The notes beneath the pieces were generated by a model. It ran no database searches. It had not been told where the DNA came from and was given only the letters and a program-made list of their open reading frames with translations. Source: Candidatus Sumerlaeota bacterium (GTDB taxonomy: Bacteria > Sumerlaeota > Sumerlaeia > SLMS01 > JAHLLQ01). Taken from it: a stretch of 64,000 nt of DNA. This document shows, piece after piece, positions 56,850 to 64,000 of the stretch; positions within the stretch are counted from its first letter, which is position 1; each line of letters begins with the position of its first letter. Location: the NCBI GenBank assembly GCA_030156535.1, contig JASGMJ010000020.1, positions 3,571 through 67,570 of the forward strand, read 5' to 3'. The position numbers were made by a program, and so were the translations under genes.

Positions 56850-57680
56850 CTATCTCAAGATGTCGTTGAGCGCAGTGCGGGCGTCGGTCTTGGCGTCGCG
56901 GATTTTCTTGATGATGAGCGCGTAGGTCTGGTGCGAGCCGTCGCGGCTGCTCAGGCTGCCGGGAACGACGACGGCGCGCTGCGGGATTTCGCCCATGGTC
57001 GTCTCTCCCGTCATGGCGTTGTAGATGCGCGTGGAAGCGCCCAGATAGCACCCCATGGCGAGTACGGCGCCTTCGCGCACGATGCAGCCCTCGGCGACCT
57101 CGGCCCGCGCGCCGATGAACACGTTGTCCTCGATGATGACGGGCGCGGCCTGGAGCGGTTCGAGAACCCCGCCGATGCCGACGCCGCCGCTGATGTGACA
57201 GTTCGCGCCCACCTGCGCACAGCTTCCGATCGTCGCCCAGGTATCGACCATCGTCCCGGCACCGACGTGGGCTCCGATGTTGATGTAGCAGGGCATGAGG
57301 ATGGCACCGGGGGCCACGTGGGCGCCTTCGCGCACGAACGCGGGGGGCACGACGCGCACGCCGGAACCGGCCCAGCCGCTGCGCACGCCCACTTTGTCGT
57401 GGAAGGTGAACTCGCCGGCCTGCATGACGCGCATCGGCGAGAGGCGGAAGTGCAGGAGGATCGCCTCCTTGGCCCACTGGTTGACGCGCCAGTTGCCCTG
57501 GCCGTCGGGCTCGGCGACGCGCAGGTCTCCGGCGGCGAGCGCCTTGAGAACGGCTTCCACGGCCTTGTCCGTGCCGTCCGGCAGGCCGGAGTCACGTTTG
57601 GACCAGGCGTCCTCGATCTGGAGCTTCAGGGGGTGCAGGCGTTCGGAGGTGTTCAACGTCATGGGCAAAAGACCTTTCAT
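56850..57680 (-). CDS. dapD: 2,3,4,5-tetrahydropyridine-2,6-dicarboxylate N-succinyltransferase
   Basis: Residue-level similarity to E. coli DapD (GVRVVPPAxVRxGAxxA, LMPCYINIGAHVGAGTMVDTWATIGSCAQVGxNCHISGGVGIGGVLEPLQAAPVIIEDNVFIGARAEV). The start is either 57680 (MKGLLPMTLN) or 57662 (MTLN). Confidence 0.88.
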   Translation of the reverse strand: MKGLLPMTLNTSERLHPLKLQIEDAWSKRDSGLPDGTDKAVEAVLKALAAGDLRVAEPDGQGNWRVNQWAKEAILLHFRLSPMRVMQAGEFTFHDKVGVRSGWAGSGVRVVPPAFVREGAHVAPGAILMPCYINIGAHVGAGTMVDTWATIGSCAQVGANCHISGGVGIGGVLEPLQAAPVIIEDNVFIGARAEVAEGCIVREGAVLAMGCYLGASTRIYNAMTGETTMGEIPQRAVVVPGSLSSRDGSHQTYALIIKKIRDAKTDARTALNDILR

Positions 57681-57753
57681 TGGATGAAGGGGCAGGGTAG
57701 CCAGCGGAGCGGTGCATCTCAAGGGAAACCGGGACGGAAAGAAACCGGGAGAA

Positions 57754-57788
57754 GTCGTCAGTTGTCGGTTCTCGGTTCTCAGTTTTTG
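57754..57788. repeat. five tandem heptamers (GTTNTCN-like) in the dapD 5' region, next to two direct GAAACCGGGA decamers (57725-57750)
   Basis: GTCGTCA GTTGTCG GTTCTCG GTTCTCA GTTTTTG read from the sequence, ~75-110 nt upstream of the dapD start on the minus strand. Confidence 0.45.
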
Positions 57789-58253
57789 TTCCTGTCCCGT
57801 CCCGCCTTGCCTTTTCTCTGTCGCTCTCTCCCCCACCCCGCACACCGCATGGGACGCTACCGCCATGCATCCTGCCCGCTCGCCGATTCCGCGAGACGCA
57901 CCGAAACCGGCAGGAAAGTCGCGCCGGGTTGACGGAAATTCCCGGACGTCCCACAATGGAGATCGGGAGCGATGCTCCTGTGAAGCCTTGGAGGCTGAAA
58001 GGGGAGTGGCGCGGCAGGCGTATGATGGGGGGCAGCGGGGGTGGAAATTCCGCCGGCGCATCAGCCTTTGGGGTTCGTCTCCGTCATAACCGGCACGCCA
58101 CTTTCCAATTGCCGGGAACGTTCTGCTCCTCCACGGAGTTCAGGCAGAACCCGGCCGGAGCGGGTGTGTTGCCTGCTCCGGCCCGGGGTTCCTTCCGAGT
58201 GTTTCCCGCAAGACCCACTTGCTTTCCGTGCCCGCCGACGAGGAAACTCGATT

Positions 58254-60992
58254 ATGAAGAATGCATCGCCGCTTCCGTTGCGCGCCGCCGTTTGTCTTGC
58301 CGCGATCTTGGCAGGACCCCCCACGAGCCATTGTCTGGCCGAGAGCGTTGTGCTCAAGAATGGGCAGGCCCTTTCCGGCTCGATCCGCTCGGAGAGCGAA
58401 ACGCTGCTGACGCTGACACGGCACGGCCAGAGCATCGTCATCCAGAAATCCGAGATCGAGTCAATCGATCGCGAGGATACGAGTTACTACCACGAGGAAT
58501 ATCAGCGGGCCCTGGAAACGGAGGATACGTCGCGGGTCAAGCGCCTGCTGGAGGGAATGAAGCGGCATCCCGAGGCGGCAGTGCGCAGTGAGGGGCGGCG
58601 TCTGGAGGAAATCTTCGAGGGGGGCGGGACGGAGCCGGACTGGCCGAAGGCCGTCGATCTGGAGAAAGCAAGTCTGGAAGAGCTGCACGCCGAGTTCGAC
58701 CGCGCCGTCGACCGCGTTCGCTGGGAGGATGCCGTCCAGATCGGCCGCGCGATTCTGCAACGCGAAACGCCCTCCGTGCGCTTCTACAGCCAGTTGCTGG
58801 AGGCCTACAAGCAGACCAAGCGCGAGACGGGCTACCTGTTCCTCGACGCCCAGCGCATCTTCGTCCACGGCAGTCCCGACGCCAACAACGTCACGCAAAT
58901 TTACCTGGCAAATGAACTCGAAAACCGCGTCATCAGTCTTTGGAACGAGCAGAAACCGGAACGAACGGACGCGGAGATCCACGCGTGCCTGCTGGCGCGC
59001 GGGTTGATTCTGCACACGCCGGCGCTGCGCGCGGCACCTGCGGAACGCCAGGCGGAGATCCTGCGGATTTACCAGGACCTGACGACGACCGACGACTGGG
59101 ACTACGCCACGCGGCGGGTACCGAGCGACTTTCAACTCGTGCTCTTCGCCGGGGCCTCGCGCGTGCGCGCGGAACTGATTCCCATCGTGCGGTACTTTTC
59201 GCTGCTGAAGGAAGAGCAGATTCTGCACGCGGCGACAAGCGACCCGCTGCTCGAGAGTCCGTTGCGCGAGGCACGCGCCGCGTACATTTACACGGTCAGC
59301 GAGGTCATCCCGCTTCCCAAGGAGAAGCTGTGGTCGTCGGCGCGCGATCTTGCGCTGGTGCGCCGGCAGGAACCGCCAAGGATCTCCGACATCATCGGCG
59401 AGGTCTTCGAGTACACGCCCGCGAAGAAGCACTCGGAACTGGCGATGGCCTATGAGGGCCTGCTGATGGAGGAAGCGCTGAGCGGGCGGGACTACGGCGA
59501 GGGGCTGCGCCGGGCGATGGAGCTGATCGCCAAGCGGCGTTGCGGCAACGAATTCGACAAGCGGAAGTCATGGGACGCGTTCAAGGCGCTGGCGGCGCTG
59601 CAACGCGGTGAAGTGCCGCGTGGCGAGAAGTTGCCGCTGCGGATTTCCGACATCATGCTCGCGGCGTTCTCGGTGGCATCGCCTTACGAGAAGGAGAAGG
59701 TGTGCCTGATGTACGAGAAGACGCTGGTGCAGGCGTCTCTCGAAGGAGAGTACGGCGAGGGTCTGTTCGACGCGGTGAAGACCCTGGCGACGCGGCGAAG
59801 CAGTGACACGTCGGCGTCGGAGGCGAAGTGGGACAGCTTCCGCGCGCTGGCGGCGCTGCGGCGCTCGATGGCCGGAACGCAACAGGGCGAGCCATCGGTC
59901 TCCGAAGTCCTGGAGGCTGCGTACTCCGTTGCATCCACCGAGAATCAGCCGCGCGTGGCGCTGGCTTTCGAGGACCGGATCGTGGACGCGGCGCGCACCG
60001 AGCGCGGCCAGGCGTTGCAGTTGGCCGTGCGTCAGGTGGCCGCATACCGTGGGCAGGACCTCTCGGACGCGGAGGCAAGCTGGCGTGCCTTCTCCGCCCT
60101 GGCAACGATGCAGGCTGGTGCCCCGGCGGAAGGAAGAGTCGAGCCGATGGCCTCGGCGGTGTTCGACGCGGCATTTGCGGCGGCTCCGGAACGCAATCAC
60201 GGCCCGCTTGCCGTGCTGTTCGAGGACGTCGTGCAGCAGGAAGTGCTGGCAGGCAGGGACCGCGGCTCGGGGCTGCACCGCGCGGTGGAGCTGTTGAGCG
60301 CGTCGCGGCTGAACGATCCGTTCGCCGACGATCTCGCCGTGTGGCGCGCCGTCGAAACGCACGTCAAGTTCCTCTATGGCGCCCAGGCAACGCAGGACGA
60401 TGTGCTGGCCCAGATGGAGGAGCTGACGAACAAGTCGGCCGACCGCCGCGTGCGGGCGCTCGCCGTGGCGTCCGCCTATTTCACCAGCAACCCGTCGGAC
60501 CCGGCGTATGGCACGTATCGCGACCGCTGGGTGCGCGACATTACAAACTCCGTGGACTCCTGGGTGATGAGCACGGCCAGGATGCGGGGCTCGCTCCCCG
60601 TAACCAACAAGGTTCCTCCCGGGCTGATGACCCAGGTGCCGGAACTGCGCGCGGCCCTGCAACGCATGAACGAGCACCAGAATTATCTGGCAAGTCTCGA
60701 CGACTTCGAGGCGCGCCTGAAGCAACGCTACAAGGCCGACCGCAACGTGCTGCCCGACGACGCCGTGACGCCGTTGGTGGCAAGCCTGAACGATTATTGG
60801 ACGGCGACGTCCTCGCCCGCCGCGCACCGGCGCCTGCTGGGAATGATCGAAACGCTGTTCGACGAGGAAACGCGGCTGAAGATGCTGCAAGGAGGCCTGA
60901 GGCTGGAGGATGGCAACACGGCGAAAGCCGTGGCGGCCAACGAGACCTCCGGCCCCGCCGAAACCGAAGCCACCGAGACACTCAGTCCCTAA
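58254..60992 (+). CDS. secreted 912-aa alpha-helical protein containing four ~85-aa internal repeats
   Basis: Signal peptide MKNASPLPLRAAVCLAAILAGPP. Repeats each contain ...YGEGL...A..L.A.RR.......W(D/R)(A/S)F(K/R/S)ALAA(L/M)(Q/R)..., for example WDAFKALAALQRG, WDSFRALAALRRS, WRAFSALATMQAG, plus a fourth degenerate copy. No recognised family. Confidence 0.62.
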   Translation: MKNASPLPLRAAVCLAAILAGPPTSHCLAESVVLKNGQALSGSIRSESETLLTLTRHGQSIVIQKSEIESIDREDTSYYHEEYQRALETEDTSRVKRLLEGMKRHPEAAVRSEGRRLEEIFEGGGTEPDWPKAVDLEKASLEELHAEFDRAVDRVRWEDAVQIGRAILQRETPSVRFYSQLLEAYKQTKRETGYLFLDAQRIFVHGSPDANNVTQIYLANELENRVISLWNEQKPERTDAEIHACLLARGLILHTPALRAAPAERQAEILRIYQDLTTTDDWDYATRRVPSDFQLVLFAGASRVRAELIPIVRYFSLLKEEQILHAATSDPLLESPLREARAAYIYTVSEVIPLPKEKLWSSARDLALVRRQEPPRISDIIGEVFEYTPAKKHSELAMAYEGLLMEEALSGRDYGEGLRRAMELIAKRRCGNEFDKRKSWDAFKALAALQRGEVPRGEKLPLRISDIMLAAFSVASPYEKEKVCLMYEKTLVQASLEGEYGEGLFDAVKTLATRRSSDTSASEAKWDSFRALAALRRSMAGTQQGEPSVSEVLEAAYSVASTENQPRVALAFEDRIVDAARTERGQALQLAVRQVAAYRGQDLSDAEASWRAFSALATMQAGAPAEGRVEPMASAVFDAAFAAAPERNHGPLAVLFEDVVQQEVLAGRDRGSGLHRAVELLSASRLNDPFADDLAVWRAVETHVKFLYGAQATQDDVLAQMEELTNKSADRRVRALAVASAYFTSNPSDPAYGTYRDRWVRDITNSVDSWVMSTARMRGSLPVTNKVPPGLMTQVPELRAALQRMNEHQNYLASLDDFEARLKQRYKADRNVLPDDAVTPLVASLNDYWTATSSPAAHRRLLGMIETLFDEETRLKMLQGGLRLEDGNTAKAVAANETSGPAETEATETLSP

Positions 60993-62209
60993 TTTGCGTG
61001 CGGGTCGAGAAAGTCCAGCGCCATGGCCTCGCGCGTGCCGATTGTTTCGCACGTGACGGAAACGAGCACGGGGCGTTTGTCCGCTTCCGGGGCAAAGCGA
61101 ATGCTCCCCTCGCGCACTTCGCGCGTGGCCGAGCGCGCGGGGCCGCAACCGGCCAGCGTTTGCAGAACCCGCATGAAACGGCCGCGCATGGCGGTGGGGG
61201 GCGGATCGAGCGAGAAGCTGCTGCCGTCGCGCACGTGCAGGAGCAGCCGGCACTCCCCCGCCGCGCGGTCGTATTCGACGAGGGCGGAGGTTGTTTGTTC
61301 GCGCAGGCAAAGGGAGAGGAAGGACTGGACGGCCTCGAGGGAGTCGATGCAATCGGGGAGGGCGGCGTTGGGGAGTTCGGGATCGACCTTCGAGAGGAGG
61401 ATCTCGGCGACTTCGCGCCGTGCCTCGTCCGTCAGTTCGCCGCGGAATTTCACCCAGTCGTCGTCGCCCCACTTGTAGAACGTCAGAAGGTGGTCATAGA
61501 GGCGCTGCTCGGGCCAGGCGTGGAGTTCGACCTCGCGGCCCGTCAGGCGTTTGAGATCGGCGCCGATGGACTCGGGGCTGCGGCCGCCGAGAATGGCGAA
61601 GGAAACAACGCCGGAAGCACCCGTGGCGAGGGGCACGGCCTTGTAGCGCAGCGCCAGGACGCGGGGGAGCAGGGCGGCAAGGCGCTTTTGCCTTTCCGGT
61701 GTGAGGGGGTTGAGCTTGGCGAAGTCGTCCTCGCTGTCGGCCTCGAAGCGCTGCTCATCGATGGGGAGCGGCTGGTGGTGGCGCAGGGCCTGGCGGATGG
61801 CGGGGTACTCGCGCAGGATTTCCTCGATGGCAACGCGGGCCTCCATGCGCACCTGGTTGTCGGGGTCGCGGCCCTCCAGTTCGTCGAGCTTCATGATGCC
61901 CAAACGCGAGCGCAGCCAGCCGAGCCCGATGGCGGCCTGGACGCGCAGGTCGGCGCAGTCGCTCTCCAGGTACTGGACGAGGATCGTGGCGGCGCGGGGA
62001 TCGCCGATCTTGCCAATGAGTTCGAGAAGGATGGCGAGGCGGGGGGAGTCGGGTTGCTCGACGATGAATCCGGCGAGGGGCTCGAGCATGTCCTGGCCGT
62101 GGACGAGCACCTTGTGGCAGAGGTCTTCGAGGGCCTCGCGGGGCCCTTCCTCGTACAGACGCACAAGTTTCTCGAATTGCCAACGGTAGCCTTCGTCGCT
62201 CGACGCCAT
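60989..62209 (-). CDS. HEAT-repeat protein with a C-terminal type II secretion E N-terminal-like (GspE_N/MshEN-like) domain; no ATPase domain
   Basis: The N-terminal ~180 aa have PBS-lyase/HEAT-like repeats (DPRAATILVQYLESDCADLRVQAAIGLGWL, DPDNQVRMEARVAIEEI). The later region AVPLATGASGVVSFAILGGRSPESIGADLKRLTGREVELHAWPEQRLYDHLL follows the GspE_N pattern (vpl..g..l.vAm.dP..l...d.l...tg.ev...la.e..i...l). Start at MASSDEGYRW (62209). The 3' end overlaps the convergent repeat-protein gene by 4 nt. Confidence 0.55.
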   Translation of the reverse strand: MASSDEGYRWQFEKLVRLYEEGPREALEDLCHKVLVHGQDMLEPLAGFIVEQPDSPRLAILLELIGKIGDPRAATILVQYLESDCADLRVQAAIGLGWLRSRLGIMKLDELEGRDPDNQVRMEARVAIEEILREYPAIRQALRHHQPLPIDEQRFEADSEDDFAKLNPLTPERQKRLAALLPRVLALRYKAVPLATGASGVVSFAILGGRSPESIGADLKRLTGREVELHAWPEQRLYDHLLTFYKWGDDDWVKFRGELTDEARREVAEILLSKVDPELPNAALPDCIDSLEAVQSFLSLCLREQTTSALVEYDRAAGECRLLLHVRDGSSFSLDPPPTAMRGRFMRVLQTLAGCGPARSATREVREGSIRFAPEADKRPVLVSVTCETIGTREAMALDFLDPHAN

Positions 62210-62486
62210 TGTACCCCCGTTCTCGAAGCCTCTTCCCACAACGTGGAAAGAGCTTGGCCGGGCTGGTGTGGAAATCGCAAGGGGGAAGGGGCGAGTGCTC
62301 TCCCCGGCTTTGCAGTGCCGGGAGCAGACCCGCTCCCAGCATGACACGCAGGGCTTCGGGGGTCTGCCTTGACCTGCGGGAGGGCATGGAGCAGACAGAA
62401 GCCGCGCGGGCGTGGCGGGCGGCGGATTCACCCGCAGCGCATGGCGCAGCAAGACACAAGTCCAGATTTTCCAGGAGTTTGCTTCG

Positions 62487-63887
62487 ATGGCACCTACTTC
62501 TTTCGATGTCGTGGTGATTGGTGGCGGGCCGGGCGGCTATGTGGCCGCGATTCGCGCGTCCCAGATGGGGCTGAAGACCGCCGTGATCGACCGCGACCGG
62601 CTCGGCGGCATCTGCCTGAACTGGGGATGCATCCCGACGAAGGCGCTGCTGAAGAACGCCGAGTTGTACGATCACCTGAAGCACGGGGCGGAGTGGGGCA
62701 TCGAGTGCGACAACATTCGCTTCGATTTCGGTAAAATCGTCAACCGCAGCCGCCGCGTGGCGGACAAGATGGCCTCGGGCGTCGATTTCCTGATGAAGAA
62801 GAACAAGGTGACGCCCATCTATGGGCAGGCGAAGATCATCGCCCCCGGCAAGGTGCGCGTGGCCGCTCCGGAAGGAAACCGCGACATCGAGGGGAAGCAC
62901 ATCATCATCGCCACGGGCGCCCGCCCGCGCACGATCCCCGGTGTCCAGTTCGATAGTGAACGCATCATCAGCAGCAAGGAAGCGATGTTCCTGGGCGAAT
63001 GCCCGAAGACGATGGTCGTCATCGGCGCCGGAGCGATCGGAATCGAGTTCGCCTATTTCTACGCGGTGCTGGGCACGAAGGTGACGGTGCTCGAAGCACA
63101 GGACTCGATCCTGCCCGTCGAGGACCGCGAGGTCTCCGCCGTCGTGCAGAAGTCGATGAAGCACCGCGGCGTGGACATCCACACCGGCGCGTTCGTCGAA
63201 GGCGTGAAGAAGACGAAGAAGGGCGTGGAGGTGACGTTCAAGAAGGGCAAGGACGGCAAGCCGCAGAGCATCGAGGCAGACAAGTGCCTGATGGCGATCG
63301 GCGTGCAGGGCAACATTGAGAACGTCGGCCTGGAGCAGGTGGGCATCGCAACCGAACGCAGCAGCATCAAGGTTGACCGTGACTACAAGACCAACGTCGA
63401 GGGCTTCTACGCGATCGGCGACGTGATCGGGCCGCCCTGGCTGGCGCACGTGGCCTCGGCCGAAGGCGTGATCTGCGTCGAGGCCATCGCGGGGCACAAG
63501 CCGCACGCGCTGGACTACAGCAACATTCCGGGCTGCACGTACTGCCAGCCGCAGGTGGCCAGCGTGGGCCTGACGGAAGAGAAGTGCAAGGAGCAGAAGC
63601 TGGACTACAAGGTGGGCAAGTTCCCCTTCCGCGCTTCGGGCAAGGCTGTGGCCACGGGCGACCCCGATGGTATGGTGAAGATCATCTTTGGCGCAAAGTA
63701 CCACGAGATTCTGGGCGCCCACATCGTCGGCGCGGAAGCGACCGAGATGATCGGCGAGCTGGGCCTTGCCAAGTCGCTCGAAGCGACTCTGGAAGACATC
63801 CACGGCACCGTGCACGCGCACCCCACGCTGTCGGAGTCGATGATGGAAGCAGCCGCGGCCGCCGCCGGTATCGCGATCCACATCTGA
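62487..63887 (+). CDS. lpdA: dihydrolipoyl dehydrogenase
   Basis: FAD motif VVVIGGGPGGYVAAIRA, redox-active disulfide GGICLNWGCIPTK, NAD motif MVVIGAGAIGIEFA, C-terminal HAHPTLSE. CAGGAG lies upstream of the ATG. Confidence 0.92.
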   Translation: MAPTSFDVVVIGGGPGGYVAAIRASQMGLKTAVIDRDRLGGICLNWGCIPTKALLKNAELYDHLKHGAEWGIECDNIRFDFGKIVNRSRRVADKMASGVDFLMKKNKVTPIYGQAKIIAPGKVRVAAPEGNRDIEGKHIIIATGARPRTIPGVQFDSERIISSKEAMFLGECPKTMVVIGAGAIGIEFAYFYAVLGTKVTVLEAQDSILPVEDREVSAVVQKSMKHRGVDIHTGAFVEGVKKTKKGVEVTFKKGKDGKPQSIEADKCLMAIGVQGNIENVGLEQVGIATERSSIKVDRDYKTNVEGFYAIGDVIGPPWLAHVASAEGVICVEAIAGHKPHALDYSNIPGCTYCQPQVASVGLTEEKCKEQKLDYKVGKFPFRASGKAVATGDPDGMVKIIFGAKYHEILGAHIVGAEATEMIGELGLAKSLEATLEDIHGTVHAHPTLSESMMEAAAAAAGIAIHI

Positions 63888-63911
63888 CGATCACGACAAC
63901 AAGAGTAGACC

Positions 63912-63940
63912 CAACGGCCTCCGGAAGCGGAGGCCGTTCT
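63912..63940 (+). terminator. possible terminator hairpin after lpdA
   Basis: ACGGCCTCCG-GAAG-CGGAGGCCGT, a 10-bp stem, followed by TCTTGC. The U-tract is weak. Confidence 0.3.
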
Positions 63941-64000
63941 TGCAAGGTTCTCAGATACCCCCGCCATTCTCGGGCGGCTGGGGCATATCCCGGCAAGGCC

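Noticed and set aside
1-64000. Prophage, IS element or integron content
   Set aside because: I recognised no integrase, transposase, recombinase, phage structural gene or terminal inverted repeats. The window reads as chromosomal backbone with interspersed accessory secreted proteins.

Overview
High-GC (~65-68%) bacterial chromosomal segment. The gene content is mostly dispersed housekeeping genes interleaved with secreted and cell-envelope proteins. A prepilin-like N-terminal methylation-domain protein, DUF1080- and dockerin-bearing secreted proteins, and GH57-like, GH2 and M14 enzymes loosely suggest a PVC-type (Planctomycetota/Verrucomicrobiota-like) organism; that assignment is inference only. 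By homology of the translated ORFs I recognise hrpB (3' part), murA, an Aas-like acyltransferase/acyl-ACP synthetase fusion, ilvD, rlmI, avtA, pyrE, panB, a MoxR ATPase, a tusA-like/moeB(thiF) pair, recF, a hisK-type PHP phosphatase, mutL, moaE, a CoA-disulfide reductase-rhodanese fusion, transketolase, dapD and lpdA, plus several fusion or hypothetical proteins. Nearly all long ORFs on the strand opposite these genes are GC-driven artefacts. I found no rRNA, tRNA, CRISPR array, integrase or transposase. The most unusual feature is a ~1.74 kb tandem array at 44400-46140: about 11.6 copies of a ~150-bp unit, each able to fold into a long imperfect hairpin and each carrying many ATCCGT/ACGGAT motifs. 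It lies between a small GxxExxY (PD-(D/E)xK-like) gene and a radical-SAM/SPASM gene fused to two beta-sandwich domains. This array is neither CRISPR-like nor coding and is my top candidate for something undescribed. Other points worth a second look: an unannotated 28-aa bS22-like ribosomal protein gene, an intrinsic terminator implying a small transcript in the avtA/B12-radical-SAM divergent region, a periplasmic protein fused to a cytochrome c'-type CXXCH domain, a lower-GC secreted-protein gene, a poly-G(10) tract in a 5' region, heptamer arrays in two 5' UTRs, and a 912-aa secreted protein built from four ~85-aa repeats.
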